From Nitrososphaerota archaeon (GTDB lineage: Archaea > Thermoproteota > Nitrososphaeria > PSMU01), in the NCBI GenBank assembly GCA_040290255.1, contig PSMU01000005.1, forward strand, positions 1 through 59,948: DNA of 59,948 nt, written 5' to 3'. This document shows, piece by piece, positions 28,273-37,548 of this stretch (the first letter of the stretch is position 1; each line of letters opens with the position of its first letter). Made by a program: the position numbers and the translations under genes. The notes under the pieces were generated by a model. That model saw only the letters and a program-made list of their open reading frames with translations. It had not been told where the DNA came from and searched no databases.

Positions 28273-28620
28273 CCTCGATCGCCCCCTTCAGCCTCTCCGA
28301 GAAAGATGGGAGGGCCTCCACCTCTTTCTTCTCATACCTTCGGGGGAGGTACCTGTGTAAGATTCAATATCTACGAATCTATGAATCCGGATGGCCCGCT
28401 CTCGGCGGTTATGCCGAGAGCTCCTTGAGAAGCCTCACCAAGGAATGCGTGCGGGGATAGGTGCCCGTCCTGAGCAGGGGATGATGCTTTACAAAGAGCT
28501 GGCAAGACCGCTCGATGCAGATGGCCGAGAGGTCGAACCCCCCCTCCTCATATAAGCTAGCTGCGTTCCGAAGAAAGGAGAGCGCCCTCTCCATCAGGAG
28601 CTGGCTTCCTCGGCCGACAC
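28265..28620 (-). pseudogene. HEPN-domain protein, disrupted
   Basis: MSAEEA / LMERALSFLRNA..QLFVK..GTYPRTHSLVRLL, then stops, then RYLPRRYEKKEVE. Overlaps the MNT start. Confidence 0.85.
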
Positions 28621-28725
28621 CTACCTTCCCGCCCAGGCAGACGAGGCTAGAAAGTGTGAGCGAGCCGCGCTAAATAGACCGATGGGCCGCCATATTCACC
28701 GAACTCCTATCTCCTGGGGGCCGCA

Positions 28726-28813
28726 TGCGGCGGGCGGGATTTGAACCCGCGACCACCAGCTTGGAAGGCCTCCGCGAGCCTTGGCGTCCTAATCCAGGCT
28801 AGACGACCGCCGC
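28726..28813 (-). tRNA. tRNA-Gly(TCC) with a 12-nt non-canonical intron at 29/30 (28770-28781)
   Basis: Acceptor GCGGCGG/CCGCCGC. Removing AGGCTCGCGGAG restores the arm CCAGC-CTTCCAA-GCTGG. Confidence 0.92.
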
Positions 28814-28865
28814 GCTCTTCCGAGAGGCCTCGCCAGGTTTTAAGCTTTAGAGGGCGTAGGGGCGC

Positions 28866-29192
28866 GTGGCCGGCAGGAGGCGCCGCTACATCTCGCTGAG
28901 GCGTCGGTGGAGGGAGCTCGCGGGCCAGAGGATGGCCCTCTTGGCGGAGCTCGCGCTGAAGAGGCTCAGGGAGGGCGAGCTGGCCCTGGCCCGCAGATAT
29001 GTGGAGCACATAAGGAGGCTGAAGAGCAGGTACAGGGTTAGGAGGGCGCCCATCGCCTGGTGCAGGGGCTGCATGACGCCCTATCTTCCCGGCGTAAGCG
29101 TTAGGATTAGGGTGAGCGCCAAGGGCTACATGACCTACACATGCCTGCTCTGCGGCCGCGTAAACAGGAAGCCGCTCGAGGGCAAAACGTAA
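28866..29192 (+). CDS. rnp4: RNase P protein component 4 (Rpp21)
   Basis: ELARRYV, CRGC..PG..RIR, TCLLCG..R.P. Confidence 0.9.
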   Translation: MAGRRRRYISLRRRWRELAGQRMALLAELALKRLREGELALARRYVEHIRRLKSRYRVRRAPIAWCRGCMTPYLPGVSVRIRVSAKGYMTYTCLLCGRVNRKPLEGKT

Positions 29193-29218
29193 AATAAGCC
29201 CGAGCGGGGGCCGGCAAC

Positions 29219-29680
29219 GTGGTCTCGGTTAAGGATGTGCCCGCCCAGGCCCTGATCGACAGGGTGGCGGCCTACCTGCAGGAGAGGGTGCCCAAGGTGA
29301 CCCCTCCCCCCTGGGCGGCCTTCGTGAAGACGGGCTCACATGCGGAAAGGCCCCCGCAGGACCCCGCCTGGTGGTATAAGAGGTGCGCCTCCCTGCTCAG
29401 GAAGCTTTACCTTCATGGCCCCCTGGGGATAGAGGGCCTGAGGGATGAGTATGGGGGGCGAAAGAGGAAGACCAAGCACAGAATAGCCCACCATAGGCCG
29501 GCGGGCGGCAGCATCATAAGAAAGGCCCTGCAGCAGCTGGAGGCGGCCGAGCTCGTGGTCAAGGACGGGATAAGGGGCAGGGCGCTCAGCCCCAAGGGGA
29601 GGAAGCTGCTGGACCGCGTGAGCACAGAAATCTTTAAAGAGCTGGCGAGAAAGAAACCAGAGCTCGCAAAGTATGCTTGA
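29219..29680 (+). CDS. rps19e: 30S ribosomal protein S19e
   Basis: PPPWAAFVKTG..ERPP..WWY.RCASLLRK, GSIIRKALQQLE. Confidence 0.98.
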   Translation: MVSVKDVPAQALIDRVAAYLQERVPKVTPPPWAAFVKTGSHAERPPQDPAWWYKRCASLLRKLYLHGPLGIEGLRDEYGGRKRKTKHRIAHHRPAGGSIIRKALQQLEAAELVVKDGIRGRALSPKGRKLLDRVSTEIFKELARKKPELAKYA

Positions 29681-29690
29681 GGCGATCTAA

Positions 29691-29963
29691 ATGGCCAAGG
29701 ACGAACAGGCAAGCCAGGAGGAGCTGCTGAGGAGGAGGCTCGAGCGGGAGCTCCTCCTGAGGCGCTATCTCACGCCCGAGGCGAGGGCCAGGCTGGCCAA
29801 CGTGAGGATGGTGAGGCCCGAGAAGGCCGAGCTGGTCGAGGAGTACGTCATAAGGATGGCCGCCGCGGGGAGGATAAAGGAGCCGCTGAGCGATGAGCAG
29901 GTAAAGGTGCTGCTGGGCGCGCTGGAGGAGCCGAAGAGGGAGTTCAAGATCAGGTGGGCCTAG
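29691..29963 (+). CDS. PDCD5-like DNA-binding protein
   Basis: LTPEARARLANVRMVRPEKAELVE; conserved position after S19e. Confidence 0.93.
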   Translation: MAKDEQASQEELLRRRLERELLLRRYLTPEARARLANVRMVRPEKAELVEEYVIRMAAAGRIKEPLSDEQVKVLLGALEEPKREFKIRWA

Positions 29964-29964
29964 C

Positions 29965-30120
29965 GTGGGCTCGATAAAGACCTCCGGCCTGAAGAAGAAG
30001 CTGCTCTCAAGGCTGCTGAGGAATACGCCCCTGCCCGCCTGGGTGATCCTGAGGACGAGCAGGAAGGTCAAGGCCCCCAGGCGCCGGAGGCACTGGCGCC
30101 GCGATAAGCTCAAGCTGTAG
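29965..30120 (+). CDS. rpl39e: 50S ribosomal protein L39e (51 aa)
   Basis: Manual translation: MGSIKTSGLKKKLLSRLLRNTPLPAWVILRTSRKVKAPRRRRHWRRDKLKL. Confidence 0.95.
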   Translation: MGSIKTSGLKKKLLSRLLRNTPLPAWVILRTSRKVKAPRRRRHWRRDKLKL

Positions 30121-30122
30121 GC

Positions 30123-30395
30123 ATGAGCGAGGCCAAGGAGGTCCAGCTGGTGCTCAACCTCAGGGAGGTTAAGAGGGCGCCCCCGCGAAAGAGGGCGAAG
30201 AAGGCCGTGCTGCTGCTCGCCCAGCGGCTGAGGCGGCTCTTCAAGAAGGAGCGCGTGAAGCTCGACCCAAAACTGAACGAAAGGCTCTGGGCGAGGGGCA
30301 TAAGGAGGCCGCCGAGCCGGATAAGGCTGAAGGTGAGGATCGAGGAGGATCAAGTGGTCGCCCTCCCGCCCGAGGAGGGGGCCGCAAAAGCATAA
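30123..30395 (+). CDS. rpl31e: 50S ribosomal protein L31e
   Basis: NLR..PPRKRAKKAV, LNERLWARGIRRPPSRIRLKV. Confidence 0.96.
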   Translation: MSEAKEVQLVLNLREVKRAPPRKRAKKAVLLLAQRLRRLFKKERVKLDPKLNERLWARGIRRPPSRIRLKVRIEEDQVVALPPEEGAAKA

Positions 30396-30420
30396 TAACT
30401 TCCGAAGCAAAAAGGCCTCG

Positions 30421-31500
30421 ATGCCCCCCGCGCGCCCCACCGGCAGGGAGGCGCTGCTCTACCGGCGCCTGCCCAACGGCAAGGTGCAGTGCCTAGCCTG
30501 CGCCAGGTACTGCCAGATAGGCGAGGGGCAGGTGGGGCTCTGCGGCGTCAGGGGCGTCTTCGGCGATAAGCTCTACCTGCTCGTATATGGCCGCGTGATC
30601 ACCGGCCAGATAGACCCCATCGAGAAGAAGCCCGTGCTGCACTACAGGCCCGGCTCCAAGATCTTCAGCGTGGCCACTACGGGCTGTAACTGGCTCTGCG
30701 CCTACTGCCAGAACTTTGACATAAGCCAGAGAAGGAAGGTGGAGGGCATAGAGGTGGAGGCCCAGGAGGTCGTCCGGCTGGCCCTTCGCTATGGCTGCCA
30801 GGGGCTGGCCTATACGTACAACGAGCCCACCATCTTCATCGAATGGGCCCACGATATAGGCGTTGAAGCGCGTAGGGCGGGCCTGTTCAACATCTTCGTC
30901 ACCAACGGCTTCGAGACGCCCGAGGCCATCTCGCTCATGAAGGAGTTTCTGGACTGCGCCACCGTCGACCTGAAGGGGAACGGGGAGCCCAACTTCGTGA
31001 GGAGGTACATAGGCATCGCGGGCCCCGAGCCCATCTTCGAAACGCTGCTGGAGATAAAGCGCAGGACCTCCATACACCTGGAGGTCACGGACCTCGTGGT
31101 GCCCGAGGTGGGCGATGACCTTGAGGCGGCGAGGAGGCTCTGCCGGTGGATCTACGACAACCTGGGGCCCGACACGCCCGTGCACTTCCTGCGCTTTCAC
31201 CCCGACTACAGGCTGCTGCACCTGCCCTACACGCCCATCGAGACGCTGGAGGCCCACTATAGGATCGCGAAGGAAGAGGGCCTCCGCTACGTGTACATAG
31301 GCAACGTGCCCGGCCATCCCGCCGAATCCACCTACTGCCCCGGCTGCGGGGAGGCCGTAATAAGGAGGAGGGGCTACAGCATCTTGGGCTGGGGCCTAGA
31401 TGGGCAGAACAGGTGTAGGGCCTGCGGCTACAGGCTGCCCATCGTAGGAGGCCTTGAGCCCACCGCCCACGAGTTCAGGTTCCTGCCCGTGCTATCCTAG
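30421..31500 (+). CDS. amrS: AmmeMemoRadiSam system radical SAM enzyme
   Basis: VQCLACARYC, DPIEKKP, GCNWLCAYCQN (CxxxCxxC), YTYNEP, FHPDY, YVYIGNVPG, CPGCG. Confidence 0.93.
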   Translation: MPPARPTGREALLYRRLPNGKVQCLACARYCQIGEGQVGLCGVRGVFGDKLYLLVYGRVITGQIDPIEKKPVLHYRPGSKIFSVATTGCNWLCAYCQNFDISQRRKVEGIEVEAQEVVRLALRYGCQGLAYTYNEPTIFIEWAHDIGVEARRAGLFNIFVTNGFETPEAISLMKEFLDCATVDLKGNGEPNFVRRYIGIAGPEPIFETLLEIKRRTSIHLEVTDLVVPEVGDDLEAARRLCRWIYDNLGPDTPVHFLRFHPDYRLLHLPYTPIETLEAHYRIAKEEGLRYVYIGNVPGHPAESTYCPGCGEAVIRRRGYSILGWGLDGQNRCRACGYRLPIVGGLEPTAHEFRFLPVLS

Positions 31501-32178
31501 GTTCACGCGCCTGCAGAGCTCGCCCGGCTCCAGCGCATAGAGCTCATCGGGCGGCCTGAGGAAGATGCCCACCTCCACCACGCCGGCCAGCTGCCTTAGC
31601 CTTTCGTACAGCCCGGCGGGATCCTGTATGAGGCCGAAGTCCGCCTCCACCAGAAGGTTGCCGTTCTCCGTGAGCCGAGGATAGCCCTTCTCCAGCAGCC
31701 GAAGGCTGGGCTTGGCGCCGAGGCGCCTCAGCTCGGCCAAAACAAGGAGCCTCGCGAAGGGCGCCACCTCCAGCGTAACGGGCGCGTTCAGCTGGGCCAC
31801 CAGCTTCACGGGCTCCACCAGGATCACCAGGCGCCGGGCCGCCGCATGCAGCACCCTCTCCCTCAGCAGGGCCCCTCCCCTGCCCTTCAGCAGGGCGCCC
31901 GAGGCGCTCACCTGGTCCGCGCCGTCCACCACCAGGTCCACCTCGGGGGGGCTGTGCTCTAGGGCGCTCAGCCCCTCCTGCTCCGCGACGAGCGCTATCT
32001 GCAGCGATGAGGCCACCAGCGCCGCCCCGCGGCCCTGCCTCAGGAGCGGGGCCAGGCCCCTCAGGAAGGCCTCGGCCGCCCCTCCGCTGCCCAGGCCTAT
32101 CGTCCTTGGCCTGTGGCGCTCCAGCAGCTCCCGGGCGAGCGCGCCCAGCGCGAGCGTCCCACTATCCTGCCTGCTCAA
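31492..32178 (-). CDS. rpiA: Ribose-5-phosphate isomerase A
   Basis: IGLGSG, DGADQV, KGRGGALLRE, TENGN, GVVEVGIF. Confidence 0.92.
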   Translation of the reverse strand: MSRQDSGTLALGALARELLERHRPRTIGLGSGGAAEAFLRGLAPLLRQGRGAALVASSLQIALVAEQEGLSALEHSPPEVDLVVDGADQVSASGALLKGRGGALLRERVLHAAARRLVILVEPVKLVAQLNAPVTLEVAPFARLLVLAELRRLGAKPSLRLLEKGYPRLTENGNLLVEADFGLIQDPAGLYERLRQLAGVVEVGIFLRPPDELYALEPGELCRRVNLG

Positions 32179-32776
32179 CCTGCTCCAGCTTCTCCAGCGC
32201 CTTTAAAACCTCCTCCCTGATCTTCCTGACCCTGCCCTCCACGCTGGGCTCCTCCGCTCCCCTCTGCTGGGGCGCAACGGCCTTGGGCGCGGCCCTCTCC
32301 TCCGGGGCGGGGGCCTCCGCGGCCGGCTTGGCGGGGGGCATCCTCCTCCTGAGCTCCTTTAACCTCTCCTCGATCTGCTCCAGCTTGCTCTTCAGGAGGC
32401 CCAGCAGCTCCTCCCGGAGCCTCTCGAGCTCCCCCACCTCGATGTAGAGGCTCAGCTCGCCCAGCCGGCTGTTGACGGCCTGAAACTGCTTCTCATATTT
32501 GGCCACGAGCGCCCTCCTCTCCTCGGGCGTTATCTCGCCCCTCGCTTCGGCCTCATAGAAGCCCGCGATGATCGAGGCGAGGTTCTCCTTCTCCAGGCTC
32601 AGCAGCCTCGCCTCCTGCTTGGCCTTCTCCAGCGAATCGGGCGGCTGAAGGGGGGCCCTGGGCGGGGCTGCCCGCTCAGGCGCGGGCTTTATCAGGCCCC
32701 TCCTCGCCAGCAGCAGGCCGAGGCCCAGGCCCGCGCCCAGGGCCAGGCCCACCTCCAGCGCCTGTACCCAGCTCAT
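32162..32776 (-). CDS. Membrane-anchored coiled-coil hypothetical protein
   Basis: N-terminal hydrophobic helix, then long E/K/L heptads; translationally coupled to its neighbours. Confidence 0.75.
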   Translation of the reverse strand: MSWVQALEVGLALGAGLGLGLLLARRGLIKPAPERAAPPRAPLQPPDSLEKAKQEARLLSLEKENLASIIAGFYEAEARGEITPEERRALVAKYEKQFQAVNSRLGELSLYIEVGELERLREELLGLLKSKLEQIEERLKELRRRMPPAKPAAEAPAPEERAAPKAVAPQQRGAEEPSVEGRVRKIREEVLKALEKLEQVEQAG

Positions 32777-32946
32777 CTGCGGCCCTTCTGCCTACTGGCC
32801 CAGGAGTGGTCGTACCTAGAGGGGCTCACGCCGAAGCCGCAGGCCGAGCAGCGGCGCTTGGTGACGTGGAAGGACCTGCGCCCGCAGCGCCGGCAGAGCA
32901 CGTGCACCGCCTTATTCCTCTTGCCCATCGAGGGGGTGCCCTTCAT
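32773..32946 (-). CDS. rpl37e: 50S ribosomal protein L37e (57 aa)
   Basis: Manual translation: MKGTPSMGKRNKAVHVLCRRCGRRSFHVTKRRCSACGFG... Confidence 0.97.
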   Translation of the reverse strand: MKGTPSMGKRNKAVHVLCRRCGRRSFHVTKRRCSACGFGVSPSRYDHSWASRQKGRR

Positions 32947-32990
32947 TTACCCTCGCCGCTCATGCGCTCTCAGGCTAGATAAGCTTATGG

Positions 32991-33221
32991 CTACGCCTGA
33001 GGGGGGCTGATCAGCACCACGTTATCCCCCCTCAGGATGATGAGGCCCAAGGGGTGCCCGCTGCCGTCCTCCGAGAGCTCCTCGCTCTTCTCCAACAGCA
33101 GGTTCATATGCTCGTCGTAGCCCCTCAGCGTGCCCCTCACCACCCTCCCGTTCTTGAGCTTGATGAGCACCTGCTTTCCCAGGCTCTCGTCGAGCACCTT
33201 GACCGTCAGGTCGGTGGACAT
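32991..33221 (-). CDS. Sm-like archaeal protein (SmAP/Lsm)
   Basis: VLIKLKNGRVVRGTLRGYDEHMNLLL, ILRGDNVVLISP; next to L37e. Confidence 0.96.
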   Translation of the reverse strand: MSTDLTVKVLDESLGKQVLIKLKNGRVVRGTLRGYDEHMNLLLEKSEELSEDGSGHPLGLIILRGDNVVLISPPQA

Positions 33222-33271
33222 GCCGGCTTCGCGGGTGCTAACCTTTAACTATAAAGCTTTCACCGGCCCGC

Positions 33272-33748
33272 GTGCCGAGGGAGCGCCACCTGTCGAAGCG
33301 CGAGGTCAAGCAGCTGGAGGAGAGGCTTCAGCAGCAGTGGGGCTCCGTGCCCGAGCTGGGCGAAGAAGTCAAGGAGGTGGAGCTGGCGGAGGCGGAAAGG
33401 CTTTTTATACTCGACGGGCTCACGCTGCTCGAGAAGAAGGGAAGCCTCATGCCCACGCTAAAGAGCGAGCCCCTGCTCTCGCGCTTTGCCTCAGTGTACG
33501 TGGACAGGGGCGCCATCCCCTTCATCATAAAGGGAGCCAAGGTCATGAGGCCCGGCATCAAGGCCTTCGAGCGCCCCTTCAGCAGGGGGGAGCTGGTCGT
33601 CGTTAGGGATGAGGTGCACAGGAAGGCCATCGCGGTGGGCAGGGCCCTCGTGGATCATGAGGAGGCGCTGAGGATGGAGAGGGGCCCCGTCGTGGAGACG
33701 CTACATTATGTGGGCGACAGGGCCTGGAGGGCGCTGGGGGGAGGCTAG
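33272..33748 (+). CDS. PUA-domain RNA-binding protein (DUF1947/MCT-1-like)
   Basis: VDRGAIPFIIKGAKVMRPGI, AIAVG, LHYVGD. Confidence 0.92.
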   Translation: MPRERHLSKREVKQLEERLQQQWGSVPELGEEVKEVELAEAERLFILDGLTLLEKKGSLMPTLKSEPLLSRFASVYVDRGAIPFIIKGAKVMRPGIKAFERPFSRGELVVVRDEVHRKAIAVGRALVDHEEALRMERGPVVETLHYVGDRAWRALGGG

Positions 33749-33749
33749 C

Positions 33750-34031
33750 TTGGGCGCGGGAGAGGCGAAGCAGGAGGCGATGTACTACGTCAAGGCCGCC
33801 CCCCTGCGCTCGCTCGAGGAGCTGGAGCAGCTAAAGAGGGAGCTGCTCACCAAGAAGGTGATCATGATCCTAAAGGTCACGCCGCTGGCGGAGAAGAGCA
33901 TCGCCGACCTGCTGAAGGTGGTCGAGGACCTGTATCAGTTCGTCGTATCGATGGGAGGGGATATCGCGCGCCTGGGCGAGGAGAGGATCATCATCACGCC
34001 CCCCGGCATCAAGATCTGGAGGAGCTTCTAG
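33750..34031 (+). CDS. sepF: SepF-like protein (DUF552)
   Basis: GGDIARLGEERIIITPPGIKIW; TTG start after the PUA stop. Confidence 0.85.
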   Translation: MGAGEAKQEAMYYVKAAPLRSLEELEQLKRELLTKKVIMILKVTPLAEKSIADLLKVVEDLYQFVVSMGGDIARLGEERIIITPPGIKIWRSF

Positions 34032-35945
34032 CTAGTAGGCCCTTATCGCATCGCCCACGTCGGGCGCCAGCGTCTCCACCTTGAAGAAGCGGCTCACCAC
34101 CTGGGAGAGGTTCTCCACCTTCCTCTTCTCCCCGTGGTTGATGACGACCTGCCTGAGCTTGGGCCTGAGGCGCCCCACGTACCTGATGAGCTGGTTGTAG
34201 TCGGAGTGGCCGCTGAAGCCCTCTATGCGCTCCACCTTGGCCCTAATGGGCACCACCTGCAGCTTCCCCTCCTCGTTCAGCAGCTGCACCTCGGCCGCGC
34301 CGTCCAGGATCCTCCTGCCCAGCGTCCCGCTCACCTGATAGGATACGAAGATGATCTTGTTCTTGGGGTCGCTCGCCAGCTCCCTGAGGTAGTGCAGCAC
34401 GGGCCCCCCCTCCAGCATGCCCGAGGTGGCCACGATGATGGCGGGCCCCTCCCTTATCGCCTCCCCCCTCTTGTCCGCATGCTCCACGAAGGTGAAGTAC
34501 TCGCTGAGAAAGGGGATCTCGCCGTTCATGAAGATCCTCTCGCGTAGCTCCCTCGAGAGGTACTCCGCATAGGAGACGTGGATGGCGGTGACGTCGTTGA
34601 GCATGCCATCGATGAAGGTGGGCACCTCCACCAGCTCCTTCCTCTGCATGTACTCCGCCAGCACCAGCATGATCTCCTGCGCCCTGCCCACCGCGGGCAC
34701 GGGCACGATGACCTTGCCCCCTTCGCTGAGCGTCTTGTTCAGCGAGGCGATGAAGGCCCTCTCGGCCTCCTCCCTTTCGGGCATGATGTCCTCCTTGGCG
34801 CCGTAGGTGCTCTCCATGATGAGCGTCTCGGCCCTGGGGAAGTTCCAGGAGGCGGGCTCCAACAGCCTGACCTTCGCGAACTTAAAGTCGCCCGTGTAGA
34901 CCACGTTGTGCAGGCCCTCGCCTATGTGCAGGTGGACGATGGCCGAGCCCAGTATATGGCCCGCGTTGGCCAGCGAGAGCTTCACGTCGGGCGTTATGTC
35001 CGTGACGCTGGAGTAGGGCAGCGTGATGGTGTGCCGTATCACCTCCCTCACGTCCTTCATGTCGTAGAGCAGCGCCCTCCCCTCCCCCAGGCCCACCTTC
35101 AGGTAGTCCATGAAGAGCAGCGTCATCAGCGGCAGCGTGGGCTCGGTGCAGTAGACGGGGCCCCTGTAGCCGTACTTGAACAGGACCGGCAGGAAACCCA
35201 CGTGGTCAAGATGGGCATGGCTGATGATGACGGCATCGATCTCGTCCAGCGTGAGGTTCGTCAGGTCCAGCCTCGGATAGGCCTCCTGGGGCGAGCTGGC
35301 GCCCGGCTTTATGCCGCAGTCCAGCAGCAGCCTGCTCTCGGGCGTGGTGACGAGGATGCAGGAGCGCCCCACCTCCTTTGAGGCGCCCAAGAAGTGTATC
35401 TGCACATAGCCCTCCTTCGAGAGGCGGGGCCTGAAGATGACCTCGCCCAGCTCCCTGTAGAAGGAGAGCCTTCCATCCTTCTCGGTGCCCAGGGCGTAGT
35501 TCACCTGCTGTATTGCCTGGGGCACCAGGTGCGCGGCCGGCCTTATGCGGATCCTCCAGCCCGTCTGCCTCGTGAGCTCCACCAGGTTCAGCTGCCTGTT
35601 CGCCTCCTCGGCCCTCTTGACCTCCAGCGTAGCTTCTCCCAGGACTTCGTCCAAGAAGATGTGCGTCAGCCCCACGTCCTTGGGGACCAGCTCCTCCAGC
35701 AGCCTTCTCAGCTCCTCGGAGCCCTTGCGGATGGCCTCGTCCGACCTCACCACCAGCCTCTTCCTGATCGCCGTGACGATGTCCGCCATCAGCTGGTTGT
35801 TGGCCAGCAGGAAGGCGGGATTTCTGCTGTAGATCGCCAGCTTGGGCCCCTCGTACTCGATCCTGGTGACCTCGGCCTCCTTGGGGATAAGGCTCAGCAC
35901 GCGCGCGGCGATGTTGGCGCCCTCCAGCGTCGCCCTTTGGCCCAA
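34032..35945 (-). CDS. Beta-CASP ribonuclease aCPSF1 / termination factor FttA
   Basis: N-terminal KH region (EYEGP), EVGRS, SHAHLDH, GHILGS, ESTYG, FSGHSD, HGE. Confidence 0.97.
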   Translation of the reverse strand: MGQRATLEGANIAARVLSLIPKEAEVTRIEYEGPKLAIYSRNPAFLLANNQLMADIVTAIRKRLVVRSDEAIRKGSEELRRLLEELVPKDVGLTHIFLDEVLGEATLEVKRAEEANRQLNLVELTRQTGWRIRIRPAAHLVPQAIQQVNYALGTEKDGRLSFYRELGEVIFRPRLSKEGYVQIHFLGASKEVGRSCILVTTPESRLLLDCGIKPGASSPQEAYPRLDLTNLTLDEIDAVIISHAHLDHVGFLPVLFKYGYRGPVYCTEPTLPLMTLLFMDYLKVGLGEGRALLYDMKDVREVIRHTITLPYSSVTDITPDVKLSLANAGHILGSAIVHLHIGEGLHNVVYTGDFKFAKVRLLEPASWNFPRAETLIMESTYGAKEDIMPEREEAERAFIASLNKTLSEGGKVIVPVPAVGRAQEIMLVLAEYMQRKELVEVPTFIDGMLNDVTAIHVSYAEYLSRELRERIFMNGEIPFLSEYFTFVEHADKRGEAIREGPAIIVATSGMLEGGPVLHYLRELASDPKNKIIFVSYQVSGTLGRRILDGAAEVQLLNEEGKLQVVPIRAKVERIEGFSGHSDYNQLIRYVGRLRPKLRQVVINHGEKRKVENLSQVVSRFFKVETLAPDVGDAIRAY

Positions 35946-35950
35946 CCCTC

Positions 35951-36607
35951 CTACGCCAGCACCAGCCCCTCGCTCTTCAGCAGGCCCTGCTTCTCCTCCT
36001 CGCTCAGCTCCCTATAGCCCTTGGGCGTGATCTGCACGATGTCGAGGCTATCGCCCGTGCCCGCGTTCCTCCTAATGGCCATCGCCAGCGCCGTAAGAGC
36101 GAGCCTCGTGCCCTCCTCCAGGCTCAGGTTCTCCCTGTAGCCCTTCTCCAGCACGCCATAGGCCACGGGCGAGCCCGAGCCCGTGGAGACGAACTTCTCC
36201 GAGGAGATGGAGCCCAGGAAGTCCAGGTTGTAGACGCTGGGCCCCTCCGCATCATGGCCCCCCACCAGCACCTCGGCGATATAGGGGAAGAGGCGGGAGG
36301 AGAAGAAGACGTTGGAGACGAGCCTGGCGGCGGCCCTCACGGGCATGGGCGTGCCCCTCTCCAGCCTGTACCAGTTGGCGTGCAGCCTGAGCACGTCCAC
36401 CACGTTCTGGGCATCGGCCACCTGGCCCGCGATGGTGACGCCCACGTGCTCGTCTATCATGTGAATCTTCTTGCCCCTCCTATGGGCGATGAAGAGGCCC
36501 GCCGTGACCCTCGTGTCGGCCGCCAGCACGACCCCGTCCCTGCAGACCAGGCCTATGGTGGTCGTGCCGCTGTAGCTGATGCTACCCTGGCTTCTCTTTG
36601 GGATCAT
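35951..36607 (-). CDS. psmB: Proteasome beta subunit (catalytic Thr retained)
   Basis: SG|TTTIG, AADTRVT, TGSGSPVAYGVLE. Confidence 0.96.
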   Translation of the reverse strand: MIPKRSQGSISYSGTTTIGLVCRDGVVLAADTRVTAGLFIAHRRGKKIHMIDEHVGVTIAGQVADAQNVVDVLRLHANWYRLERGTPMPVRAAARLVSNVFFSSRLFPYIAEVLVGGHDAEGPSVYNLDFLGSISSEKFVSTGSGSPVAYGVLEKGYRENLSLEEGTRLALTALAMAIRRNAGTGDSLDIVQITPKGYRELSEEEKQGLLKSEGLVLA

Positions 36608-36808
36608 GACAAATAGACGGCGCCTATAGAGGGGCGGCGGTTATAAAACTTTGCTCCTACAGGCCGCGGTGCGGGGGCGGGGCACCTTTAAGCGATCCCC
36701 TTGATAGGGGGCCACCTTCTTCGGAATAAATTTCAATCCCTCGTATGCTATGAAGGGGGTTCGTTTAGGGGACAGGGCTTTGGTGGCCTGCGCCGCATAT
36801 ACGCAGGG

Positions 36809-37360
36809 CTATATCCTGTTGCTCGTCCTGTAGATGAGCGCCCTCCTCACCACCATTGGCTTGAGCTTGCCCTCAAAGGCCATGGGAGAATGGCAGAAGG
36901 CGCAGAACTCCGGCGAGGGGCCCATGGCGAGTTGCCTGCTCCACAGGTTTTTCCGCGGGCAGCTTGGCGAAAAATTCTTCGTAGGACATGCCGGAGGGCT
37001 TCGATGGCCATATGCCATAGCGCAACAGGACAGAGGCAGGAGGGCCCCTTGATGGCCTGTAAAGCCCTCGCTTGCCGTTCCTGGCCATCCTCGCGGCCCC
37101 GTCGTGCAGCCTCTTCAGCCCTGCATCGCTCAGGACCAGCTCAGCGAGGGGCTCTAAAGCGTAGGAGCCCCTGAGGAAGTACCAGCCCTCATATGCCTCT
37201 CCATCCATGTGGCTCCAGAGGCCCTCGCCGCGATCGAACCCAAGAAGCCGTCGAGCCTCACCGCCTCATTAAGGTGCCTATGTAAATCGCTTAGGGCCCG
37301 CTCGTATTCTGCCCTTCCTTATTTCCCGGCCCTTTGATGCCAGAAGACGTAGGCCAGCAT
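36809..37360 (-). pseudogene. Disrupted hypothetical protein (one stop, two frameshifts)
   Basis: MLAYVFWHQRAGK*GRAEYERAL..GFLGS..ATW / MDGEAYEGWYF..HD..SKPSGMSYEEFFAKL / NLWSRQLAMGPSPEFC. Confidence 0.6.
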
Positions 37361-37548
37361 GGGAGGGTCGCCCCCCTCAACCTCCATATTAAGGCTTTTG
37401 ACCTAAGGCCCCCGCTGATAAGGCGTCGCCTGGGCATGCGCTGTAACCTCAAATTTTCATTTTCCCTGGCTTTTTCGCGCTTCCGTTTACACATATCGGC
37501 GCCGCCGGCTATGTTCAACCTTATTAACGCAAGGGCCGAGAGGCCGCG

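Noticed and set aside
26036-28754. 24-bp inverted repeat GGTCGCGGGTTCAAATCCCGCCCG flanking the decayed patch, considered as att sites or an invertible segment
   Set aside because: Both copies are the T arms of complete tRNAs; ordinary tRNA conservation explains them and no recombinase is present.
37319-37321. In-frame stop considered as recoding (Sec/Pyl)
   Set aside because: The codon is TAA, and the same gene also has two frameshifts, indicating decay.
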